A stretch of 64,000 nucleotides of DNA from Candidatus Latescibacterota bacterium (GTDB lineage: Bacteria > Latescibacterota > UBA2968 > GCA-2709665), in contig CAXXJS010000010.1 in assembly GCA_963662665.2 (NCBI GenBank), forward strand, positions 160,001 through 224,000. The letters are read 5' to 3'. The first letter of the stretch is position 1; every line of letters starts with the position of its first letter. The position numbers and the translations under genes are program-made. The notes beneath the pieces are model-generated. The model was given only the letters and a program-made list of their open reading frames with translations, was not told the origin of the DNA and ran no database searches. This document shows positions 39,987 through 48,324 of the stretch, piece by piece.

Positions 39987-41024
39987 TCACAAAATCAACA
40001 TCGCGTCACCGTAGCTGTAGAATCTATACCGCTTCCGCACCGCCTCTTCGTACGCCTCCAAAATGAACGTACGATCCGCAAATGCGGAAACAAGCATCAG
40101 CAGCGTCGATCCGGGCAGGTGAAAATTGGTGACCAGCGTGTCTATCAGCTTGAACCTGTACGGAGGATAGACAAATAACCGGGTCCAGCCCGATCCGGCA
40201 TTCAGATTCCAGCCGCCGGTCGTTCGCGACGCCGACGACTCGAGTGCACGCACGGTGGTTGTGCCCACCGCCACCACGCGCGCGCCATTCCGCCGGCATG
40301 CGTTCACCTTTCCCGCGGCGTCCGGACCAATCTCGAAGTATTCCGCGTCCATTTCGTGCCGCCGGGGATCTTCCGCGTCCACGGGCCTGAACGTGCCCGG
40401 ACCCACGTGGAGCAGCACCCGGACGATCTCCACGCCGGACGCCCGGATCCGATCCAGGAGACCGGACGTAAAATGCAGACCGGCGGTAGGCGCCGCAACC
40501 GCCCCCGGGGTTCGCGCATACACCGACTGATATCGATCTCTATCCGTCGGCTGCTCTTCACGTCTGATATATGGCGGCAGTGGGATGCGTCCCTGGCTCT
40601 TCAGTACCGCTTCCACTGTCACACCGCCCTTGAACCGGACCAGCCGCCGTCCGGACGGTAGAACAGCCGTCACTTCCGCAACGAGATCCACGTTGGGGAA
40701 GGCCACCTCCGCGCCCTTCCGAAGCCGGCGGCCCGGCCGCGCCAATACTTCCCAGCATTCCCCGTCGCCACGGACCAGCAAGAGTTCCACGGCCCCTCGG
40801 GTGCCGGGGCGGTACCCATTGAGGCGGGCAGGAAAAACGCGCGTTTCATTGACGACCAGGCAATCTCCGGGACGCAGAAAATCCGGAAACGACTTGAACA
40901 CGGTATGGTGAAGCCGCCTGGCTTTCCGATCCACAACCATCAACCGGGCGCCGTCCCGTTCCGGGGCCGGGTACTGGGCGATCAATTCCTCGGGAAGCGC
41001 GTAATCGTAGTCGGCAAGGATCAT
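39987..41024 (-). CDS. queA: S-adenosylmethionine:tRNA ribosyltransferase-isomerase
   Basis: LPEELIAQYP, PLPPYI, AVAAPTAGLHF, TNFHLPGSTL, YRFYSYGDAM. Confidence 0.97.
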   Translation of the reverse strand: MILADYDYALPEELIAQYPAPERDGARLMVVDRKARRLHHTVFKSFPDFLRPGDCLVVNETRVFPARLNGYRPGTRGAVELLLVRGDGECWEVLARPGRRLRKGAEVAFPNVDLVAEVTAVLPSGRRLVRFKGGVTVEAVLKSQGRIPLPPYIRREEQPTDRDRYQSVYARTPGAVAAPTAGLHFTSGLLDRIRASGVEIVRVLLHVGPGTFRPVDAEDPRRHEMDAEYFEIGPDAAGKVNACRRNGARVVAVGTTTVRALESSASRTTGGWNLNAGSGWTRLFVYPPYRFKLIDTLVTNFHLPGSTLLMLVSAFADRTFILEAYEEAVRKRYRFYSYGDAMLIL

Positions 41025-41199
41025 GGAACCCGATGTTCGGAGTCAGGAATGCCGGGACATTATCGCCGCCGTTACGGCCCGACCGGCGGTTTTGCAGGTC
41101 TGCTGATTTCTGTGTGCTGACCCGCGAGCCCTCGCCCGCGGCATCTGCCTGTCAGGACGGCCTTGAGAACCACTTCATGCCGGCGCCGCCCCACTTACG

Positions 41200-41424
41200 T
41201 TACCGCCGGGAAATCAGGTTCAGAACCACGGTCAGGACGATACTGACCACAATACAGGTTACAATTGGAAAATAAAGCCTGAAACCCTCCCGGCGGACGA
41301 CAATATCCCCCGGCAGCCGCCCTGCAAAAGGAATCCTGTCTCCGACCCACAGCAAAAAACCCGCCGCAAACAATAGAATTCCCACAATCATCAGGGCCCT
41401 GCCAATGCAGGAAAACCCGCTCAC
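41200..41424 (-). CDS. DUF2905 family small membrane protein
   Basis: GRLPGDI....FRLYFPIVTCIVVS; upstream of queA, a common position for this family. Confidence 0.85.
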   Translation of the reverse strand: MSGFSCIGRALMIVGILLFAAGFLLWVGDRIPFAGRLPGDIVVRREGFRLYFPIVTCIVVSIVLTVVLNLISRR

Positions 41425-41449
41425 GACGTCCGCCTTTCATAGAAGGCAG

Positions 41450-41478
41450 AACTTACAGAAATCTCGAACCGGCGTCAA
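41450..41478 (-). promoter_or_regulatory. sigma70 promoter of the DUF2905-queA-ispDF-dedA-ddl-cysS run
   Basis: TTGACG-17 nt-TAAGTT. Confidence 0.6.
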
Positions 41479-41602
41479 GGCATTGCGTCCCGAATTGAGA
41501 TTCTGCAACAAGAGGGCGGAAAGCCGGAGCCTGGCACGTCCGGCCTTTGTGAATACCCCGAACGCCAGGTCGCAGCTTCTGCTGTTTTCGCCGTGTGCCC
41601 AC

Positions 41603-41661
41603 AAAAACACCAGACGTGAATCACGCCACGCCGCAACGGCGGGCCGATTCACGTCTGGTGT
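41603..41661 (-). terminator. intrinsic terminator
   Basis: Perfect 16-bp stem ACACCAGACGTGAATC/GATTCACGTCTGGTGT followed by TTTT on the minus strand. Confidence 0.7.
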
Positions 41662-41856
41662 CTCGCACGGGACGTCCAGCAGCCCGCTGAAAGAGTCCAT
41701 CCCGACTGCTCGTGTCCTGTCCCCAAAATATCTCACCATTCGGCCGCCGATTCATCCGGTCTTGCTACGTTGGGCCGACCTGCCCAGGTCGGAGGCGCCT
41801 TGCGAAACGGGCGACTCGACGGCCGAATTCAGACAACTTATTTCCCGGACAGAACA

Positions 41857-42891
41857 CTAGGGCGTAAATACGACCTTCAACGCCTCCATATTCTCGGCGG
41901 CCGCGAACCCTTTCTCCCACTCTGTAAGGGGCAACCGGTGTGTAACTATCGTATCGACCTCGATCTTTCCGTCGGCAATCATCCAGATGGTCTTGTCCCA
42001 ACTCGCGTATTCCGTCGACATATTGAAAAAGAGCGTCACGACCTTGGTCATTGCCGCATCCCAGTCCAGCTGCACGGGACGCTTGCCTGTAAGGCCGATG
42101 GCGCAAATCCGACCCCATTTACACACCAGATCCACTGCCTGAGCGATGGCCGGCGGCGCGCCCGAGCACTCAATTACGAGATCCGCCCCCTTGCCGCCTG
42201 TCAGTTCCATGCAGCGCTCCACCGGATCCGCCTCTGCGAAATTTACAACGTGTTCCACGCCCAGCCTGCGAGCCGCCGCCAGGCGCAATTCCTCGTCTGC
42301 CGGGGCGCCCACGATCATCACTTCGCGGGCCCCGGCGACCCGGGCTACCTGGGCCGCCAGCAGGCCGATGGGCCCGGGCCCCAGCACCACCACGAAATCC
42401 CCCACCTCAATCGCTTGCCGGTCGATGATATCCGTTACCGTATTGGCCGCAGGTTCAACCAACGCGCCCTGCTCAAAGCTCATATGGTCCGGTATCCGGT
42501 GCAACAGGTTGGTGGGATATTTGATGTATCTGGTGAACGCGCCATCGATACCCCAACCAGGAGATCTCTTCTCGAGACAATTCTGAATATGCCCTTTCCG
42601 ACACAGGAAACACTTGCCGCAGTGGAGTGTATGCGGCTCGCCAACCACGCGGTCGCCGACCTTCCAATCCAATACCGAATTTCCAACTTCGACGATCTCA
42701 CCCGAGAACTCATGGCCCAGGATCACGGGCGGCCAGTACGGAAACGTATCGTGTTTCACGTGTACATCGGTACCGCAGATGCCCGCCGCCTTTACTTCAA
42801 TCAGAACCTCATCATGCGTGATTTCGGGCTCCGGCACGTCGCGCAGTTCCAGAAATCCAACGCCTCGTTTGGTCTTGACAACCGCCTCCAT
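41857..42891 (-). CDS. zinc-dependent alcohol/polyol dehydrogenase (Tdh/SDH-like)
   Basis: GICGTD, GHEFSG, CGKCFLC...C, GPGPIG. Confidence 0.93.
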   Translation of the reverse strand: MEAVVKTKRGVGFLELRDVPEPEITHDEVLIEVKAAGICGTDVHVKHDTFPYWPPVILGHEFSGEIVEVGNSVLDWKVGDRVVGEPHTLHCGKCFLCRKGHIQNCLEKRSPGWGIDGAFTRYIKYPTNLLHRIPDHMSFEQGALVEPAANTVTDIIDRQAIEVGDFVVVLGPGPIGLLAAQVARVAGAREVMIVGAPADEELRLAAARRLGVEHVVNFAEADPVERCMELTGGKGADLVIECSGAPPAIAQAVDLVCKWGRICAIGLTGKRPVQLDWDAAMTKVVTLFFNMSTEYASWDKTIWMIADGKIEVDTIVTHRLPLTEWEKGFAAAENMEALKVVFTP

Positions 42892-42952
42892 AATCTACTC
42901 CTTATTTATGTTGGATCTCGCAACAGTTGCACGCACAAGGCACGAATTCCCC

Positions 42953-42981
42953 TTGAAATCCGGGGTTGGATAATGTATAAT
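42953..42981 (+). promoter_or_regulatory. near-consensus sigma70 promoter
   Basis: TTGAAA-17 nt-TATAAT. Confidence 0.65.
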
Positions 42982-43040
42982 CAATTTTACAATACGGCCG
43001 ACCGGCGTTTAACCGGTCGGCTGATCCGATTATGAGGAAA

Positions 43041-43232
43041 TCATCCGCAATCCAGACAACGCACTTCGTCGAAAATCCGACCTTGCTCATCCGGCTCGTC
43101 GATTGCGAAATTTACGAGGCACCGAACCGCCTTCGAAGCGTCTTCCAGACGGTATTTGGCGGCGACCTCTCCCAGAAACGCCATCTGGTGTGTTTCCAGC
43201 AAGATCTCGAAAGTCTGCTTTTCCTTGAACAC
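43041..43232 (-). CDS. small hypothetical protein (RHH-like, C-terminal CxxC)
   Basis: GGGAGGT RBS before GTG; SKAVRCL...EVRCLDCG. Confidence 0.7.
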   Translation of the reverse strand: MFKEKQTFEILLETHQMAFLGEVAAKYRLEDASKAVRCLVNFAIDEPDEQGRIFDEVRCLDCG

Positions 43233-43429
43233 GCCAACACCTCCCTGTCGAGTCGGATTCCACCTTGCAGGCAGTGATTTTTCTGCGTTTCCAAAGATTC
43301 ATGATAGGGTTTCGGCAGTGCATTGTCAATGGGGATTCATTTCCCCGCACCCCGCTTCTTGCGGTCCGGCCGGCACCCGGCACAGCAAATCGAAAACAGC
43401 GCGTTTACTGATCGTCGGCTCCTGAATTC

Positions 43430-46288
43430 ATGTCAATACTTGAATCTTTCATTGCCATTGACCTCGAAACTTCCGGCCTGGAACCACCGCGCGCCGAAAT
43501 CCTGGAAATCGGCGCTGTACGTGTGGAAAACGGTCAAATCGTCGACCGTTTTCAAAGCTACGTCAAGCCGAAAGGCGTCATTCACGACGAAACCATCCGT
43601 CTCACCGGCATCACGGCAGCGACGGTCCGCGATGCGCCGCCAATCGACGCCGCTTTCGGAAATTTTCGGGGTTTCGTTGCCGATCTGCCCCTCATTGCCC
43701 ATCAGGGCCGTTTTGAATCCCGTTTCCTTACAGCCTTTGCCGACTTACCCATCGCGAATTCGGTACACAGCGTCCGCGAACTCGCCCGCGCCGCCCTGCC
43801 AACCCTCCATGATCACCGCGTTGAAACCCTTGCCGGACACTTCTCCGTTCAGTGCGAAGCACCCCACAAAGCACTTACCGACGCCGAAACCCTGGCGGGG
43901 ATCTACCTCAATCTGGTTGAACTGCTACGTTCCGTGTCCCTGCATTTGAAGCAGCAAATGCTGAGTTTGCTGCAGGGCTCCAGGTCGGGGCTGCTTCCCA
44001 TCCTGGTCGAATTGGCCAGTGAAGGCGCGAGGAAGGAGTTCATGAGCCCGAAGCGGGGCGGGCGGCCACCCGACACCCGGTTATTCAACGCCGGCGGGGA
44101 GACGCCTCAGATTGAGGGCGACCCGTCCGAACAGCCGCTGGATCCAGCGGTGGTCTGCGGCATGCTCGAACCCGGAGGATGCTTTGAGGAGGAGATCTCC
44201 GGGTACGAATATCGTCCCCAGCAGGTCGACATGGCGCAAGCGGTGACCGAAGCCATCAATGACGGGCGGCACCTGGCGGTGGAGGCCGGTACCGGCGTGG
44301 GTAAATCGATCGCCTACCTCGCGCCGTCCATACTCTATGCCGTAAGGAACAATGTACGATTTATCGTTTCGACCAACACAAAAAACCTCCAGGAGCAGCT
44401 CTTTTTTAAAGACTTGCCATTGCTGGCGTCGATCCTGGACGCGCCGTTCCGCTACGCGCTGCTCAAGGGTCGAAACAACTATATTTGTCTAAACAGGTGG
44501 GATTCCTCGCTGGCCAATCCGGACGCCAGCTTTACGCCGAACGAACGCATCGGTGCGTTGCCCCTGGTGCTGTGGGCGGAAACGACCGGCACGGGGGACA
44601 TCACCGAGAATACAGGATTCGACCTGGGACGAAATGCAGGCCTGTGGGCTAAAATCTGTTCCGACTCGGGCTTTTGCCGAAGCCAGCGATGCCGCAACAA
44701 CGGACGGTGTTTCGCCAACAACATCCGGAGAACGGCTACTAGAGCGCATCTGGTGGTAATCAATCATTCGTTGCTCTTCTCCGATCTAGTCACCGAGAAC
44801 GCCATCCTGGGTGAGTACTCCCACCTGGTTCTGGATGAAGCGCACAATCTGGAAAAAGTCGCCGCGCACTACCTTGGGAAGGAACTCAGCCTATGGCGGG
44901 TCAAGAACGTCACCGATCAATTGTGCGGCCCGGGTTCGTCGGACGCGGGAACTCTGCCAGCCCTCAGACACTGGATCGCCGTTGCCGATCCGGAACCGGC
45001 CACAGTCAAAGCCTTTGACGCCGGCATCAAGTCGGCGACCATTGCCGCACAGGACCTCTGGCTCCGGGCACGGACATTTTTCGAGGAACTTTCCCGCCAC
45101 GTGCTGCAACGTGTGGGCGCGCCGGGAAATGCATACAGGGAGAAGGTCCGATATCGACCCGGGGAGCCCACCTTCGATGCCATGGACGAATCGCTGGTGC
45201 CGTTTTCGGTGTCCCTGGATGCGCTCTGCAGCCGTCTTAGGGACCTCTCCGACTGGCTTCGAGACCTGCCGGGGCACACCTTTGTCAACCAGGACGAGAT
45301 CGGCAACGAACTCGTCGGTTGCATCGAAACCGCCCAGACCATTAAAGACGACCTGATCGACCTCGTCGCCGCCGGCGATGAGAACGCCGTCTACTGGCTG
45401 GAGTTACCGGGTACTGAAAAGAGCGCCGATACGCGGCTTTTTTCCGCTCCGCTGGATGTATCGGAGATGCTGAACATCGGGCTCTACGAAGGTAAGTCCA
45501 CGATCGTCTTCACGTCCGCCACGCTGGGTATCCGGGGCAGGCTTACCTATTTTCTGCGGCGCATGGGCCTCGAAACCATGCCCGGGACCCGCCTGCAGAC
45601 CCTGTGCCTGGGATCCCCGTTCGACTACCGGAAACAGGCCTTCGTATGCACGCCGCGCTTTATGCCGTCGCCCAAATCAGCCGATTTCCAGGAAGCCGTG
45701 GACGCATTGCTGTACGAACTGATGCTCAAGACGAAACGTGGCACCCTGGCCCTCTTCACGTCGTACGGTATGTTGAACCGGACGTATGACGCCATAAAGC
45801 CGGAACTGCGCGCCAACGGCGTTCTCGTGCTGGGACAGGGCATCGACGGATCCCGCACGAATATCACGAACCGCTTCAAACTCGAAGAAGCCGCCATGCT
45901 CCTGGGTACCGACAGCTTCTGGGAAGGCATCGACGTTCCGGGCAACGCCCTCCAGGTTCTGGGCATTGTACGTCTGCCGTTCGCCGTGCCCTCGGAACCG
46001 CTTGTAGCCGCCCATATCGAGGAACTCGAAAAGCAGGGCAAAGACCCGTTCCTGAATTACTCGGTACCCGAAGCCATCCTGAAGTTCCGGCAGGGATTTG
46101 GTAGACTGATCCGCAACAATACCGACCGGGGGGCGGTCGTGGTGTTGGACAGCAGGGTACTCAGCACCCGATACGGCCGGGCTTTTCTGCAGGCCCTCCC
46201 GGTGGGTCATCATACTTTCAATTCCCGGGAAGAAATGATCGGGGCCATTGCCGCCTGGTTTGAAGACGCAAACGGGACAAACCATTGA
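43430..46288 (+). CDS. dinG: DinG-family helicase with N-terminal DEDDh exonuclease
   Basis: IDLETSG, HKALTDA; EAGTGVGKS, Fe-S Cys cluster, LDEAH, SFWEGID, QGFGRLIR. Confidence 0.93.
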   Translation: MSILESFIAIDLETSGLEPPRAEILEIGAVRVENGQIVDRFQSYVKPKGVIHDETIRLTGITAATVRDAPPIDAAFGNFRGFVADLPLIAHQGRFESRFLTAFADLPIANSVHSVRELARAALPTLHDHRVETLAGHFSVQCEAPHKALTDAETLAGIYLNLVELLRSVSLHLKQQMLSLLQGSRSGLLPILVELASEGARKEFMSPKRGGRPPDTRLFNAGGETPQIEGDPSEQPLDPAVVCGMLEPGGCFEEEISGYEYRPQQVDMAQAVTEAINDGRHLAVEAGTGVGKSIAYLAPSILYAVRNNVRFIVSTNTKNLQEQLFFKDLPLLASILDAPFRYALLKGRNNYICLNRWDSSLANPDASFTPNERIGALPLVLWAETTGTGDITENTGFDLGRNAGLWAKICSDSGFCRSQRCRNNGRCFANNIRRTATRAHLVVINHSLLFSDLVTENAILGEYSHLVLDEAHNLEKVAAHYLGKELSLWRVKNVTDQLCGPGSSDAGTLPALRHWIAVADPEPATVKAFDAGIKSATIAAQDLWLRARTFFEELSRHVLQRVGAPGNAYREKVRYRPGEPTFDAMDESLVPFSVSLDALCSRLRDLSDWLRDLPGHTFVNQDEIGNELVGCIETAQTIKDDLIDLVAAGDENAVYWLELPGTEKSADTRLFSAPLDVSEMLNIGLYEGKSTIVFTSATLGIRGRLTYFLRRMGLETMPGTRLQTLCLGSPFDYRKQAFVCTPRFMPSPKSADFQEAVDALLYELMLKTKRGTLALFTSYGMLNRTYDAIKPELRANGVLVLGQGIDGSRTNITNRFKLEEAAMLLGTDSFWEGIDVPGNALQVLGIVRLPFAVPSEPLVAAHIEELEKQGKDPFLNYSVPEAILKFRQGFGRLIRNNTDRGAVVVLDSRVLSTRYGRAFLQALPVGHHTFNSREEMIGAIAAWFEDANGTNH

Positions 46289-47760
46289 ATCCCCAGGGCG
46301 TGACATCCATCAAAGAGCCACTGGCGAAACTGCTCACGCAGGTGCCCCAGGTGAACCATCCGCTGATCGGCCAGGCCTATCACCTTGCCAGCGCGAGTCA
46401 CGAAGGACAACACCGGGACGAGGGGCAGCCGTTCATCACCCATCCCATCGCCGTTGCGCTCATCCTGGCATCCGAACTCGGATTCGCCAGAGATACGGAA
46501 ATGATAGCCGCAGCCCTTCTCCACGACGCTGCGGAAGACTCCGTGCTGACCCCGGACGAGGACATTCTACCCACGTTCGGGCCGGGGGTAACGGAACTCG
46601 TGAAGGGTGTAACCAAAGTTGACGAACCGAGCACCCGCAGCCGGTCGGCCCGCCGGTCGGCAACGCTCCAAAGGCTATTCACCGCCGCACACCGTGACCC
46701 GAGGGTACTCATTCTGAAACTCGCGGACCGGGTGCATAACATGCGCAGTATCGCGGGCATCAAGGACGCCAGACGCCAGAATCGAATTGCACAGGAAACC
46801 ATAGACGTCTACGCGCCGCTTTCCCGCCTGCTGGGCATGGACCGCATACGCAGAGAACTGGAAGACCGCAGCTTCGGCTGCCTGCACCCGCGCGTCTACG
46901 ACCAGCTTGACCGCCTCATGCAAGAGGGTCCGCCTCAATCCTTTCTCGACTTTCAGACCGGAATGCGCGATATATTCGCGGACCACGGAATCCGCACACG
47001 CATCCGGCTCCGGACCAGGACACTAAGAAGTATCTACGGTAAAGCCACTACTGGCACGCGTTCCGGCGACAAACGCCTGCCTGCAGACAACGTCCACGAC
47101 CGATATACCGTCATCGTTATCGTCTCCAATCGTTACGCGTGCTACAGGACGCTGGGAATTATCCATCACAGGTTCTCCCCTCTGATGGACGGCGTAAAAG
47201 ACTTTATCGCCTTGCCCAAACGGAACGGTTACCAGGCCCTGCAGACAACCGTCATCGACAAGGGGCGGCGCTTCGAAGTCGCCATCCAGACTCCCTCTAT
47301 GTACAGAATGGGTGAACTGGGCGTGGCGACCCTTCGCGGCGGAGAACTTCAGGAAGAACGGCGGACCCGCTGGCTTCAGGAACTGGCCGAGTGGCATGAA
47401 CACGGCGGCTCCGGCGTGCAATTTCTGGACGAGGTCAAACGCATGCTCTTTATCCATGAAATGGCCGTTTTCACTCCCAACGGCGATCCCATTATTTTGC
47501 CGGAAGGCGCCACCCTTGCGGATTTTGCATTTGCGGTCCACACGGACCTGGGCTTGCACTGCATCGGCGGGCGCATCAACGGCAAGCCCGCATCGCGTTT
47601 TTCGGTTCTGAGCTGGGGTGACACGATCGAAATAGATACCGCGCCCCACCAGCAGCTTAAACGCTCCTGGCTGCGTTACGTGAAGACCTACCGCGCCCGC
47701 CGCCTGATACGGCGTCACATCACCCGCGCGGAATCGTCCGGCGAACAGATCATCGAGTAA
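46285..47760 (+). CDS. RelA/SpoT homolog: intact HD hydrolase, degenerate synthetase, TGS; no ZFD/ACT
   Basis: HEGQHR, ALLHDAAED, LKLADRVHNMR; VFTPNG...DFAFAVHTDLG. Confidence 0.88.
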   Translation: MNPQGVTSIKEPLAKLLTQVPQVNHPLIGQAYHLASASHEGQHRDEGQPFITHPIAVALILASELGFARDTEMIAAALLHDAAEDSVLTPDEDILPTFGPGVTELVKGVTKVDEPSTRSRSARRSATLQRLFTAAHRDPRVLILKLADRVHNMRSIAGIKDARRQNRIAQETIDVYAPLSRLLGMDRIRRELEDRSFGCLHPRVYDQLDRLMQEGPPQSFLDFQTGMRDIFADHGIRTRIRLRTRTLRSIYGKATTGTRSGDKRLPADNVHDRYTVIVIVSNRYACYRTLGIIHHRFSPLMDGVKDFIALPKRNGYQALQTTVIDKGRRFEVAIQTPSMYRMGELGVATLRGGELQEERRTRWLQELAEWHEHGGSGVQFLDEVKRMLFIHEMAVFTPNGDPIILPEGATLADFAFAVHTDLGLHCIGGRINGKPASRFSVLSWGDTIEIDTAPHQQLKRSWLRYVKTYRARRLIRRHITRAESSGEQIIE

Positions 47761-47849
47761 CCGGAAATCCACGCGCAAATGTCGATGTCGGTGTTTTCTT
47801 TCAACAATCCTTCATTCCCGTTACTACTGAATCGCGGAGGAGTCACGAT

Positions 47850-48191
47850 TTGAAATCCCACGCTTTCTTCTTCGCTGCGATCCTTTTCCTCGCGGCCTGT
47901 GGCGAGGGCGCCGAACGCGTCCGGGCTGAAATCTCCGTACAGGAAAAGAGGATCGTCCATGCAAAAACGGTTCTTGCGCTCGAACAAAAGCGCCTGGCGG
48001 CGTTGCAGGACAGCCTTGAAATCAATGTCCGGCAGAATATTTCCCTGAATATGGACACAACCACCGCCGCGTCGATCGAAAAGGAACGCTTGCAACTCCA
48101 GGAGACAATTGTCGAAACGGCCAGGCGCAACCTCGACAGCCAGAAGGAGTTTCTGGCCCTCCTGCAAAAACGCCTTCAAGCCCTCAGATAG
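47850..48191 (+). CDS. coiled-coil lipoprotein
   Basis: GGAGGAG RBS, TTG start, lipobox LAAC, heptad-rich body. Confidence 0.75.
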   Translation: MKSHAFFFAAILFLAACGEGAERVRAEISVQEKRIVHAKTVLALEQKRLAALQDSLEINVRQNISLNMDTTTAASIEKERLQLQETIVETARRNLDSQKEFLALLQKRLQALR

Positions 48192-48324
48192 CCCCTGACA
48201 ATACCGGATGGATCAATCCCTTGCCCAGGGGTACTGTCACGCCCGGCGAAGAACCCGATGTACCGACCCCGGACCCCCGTGGCTCGCCCCGCGGTCCGGA
48301 TCCGGTCTTCGTTCGAGGTCCATC

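Noticed and set aside
41480-41856. Long structured intergenic region as SRP, tmRNA or RNase P RNA
   Set aside because: No diagnostic motifs; the main hairpin is explained as a terminator and the adjacent box as a promoter.
41770-43035. Long antisense ORFs (this one, and 30495-32015, 48994-50352, 57961-59061, 61823-63097)
   Set aside because: They shadow well-supported genes on the opposite strand, as expected in high-GC DNA, and carry no family motifs.
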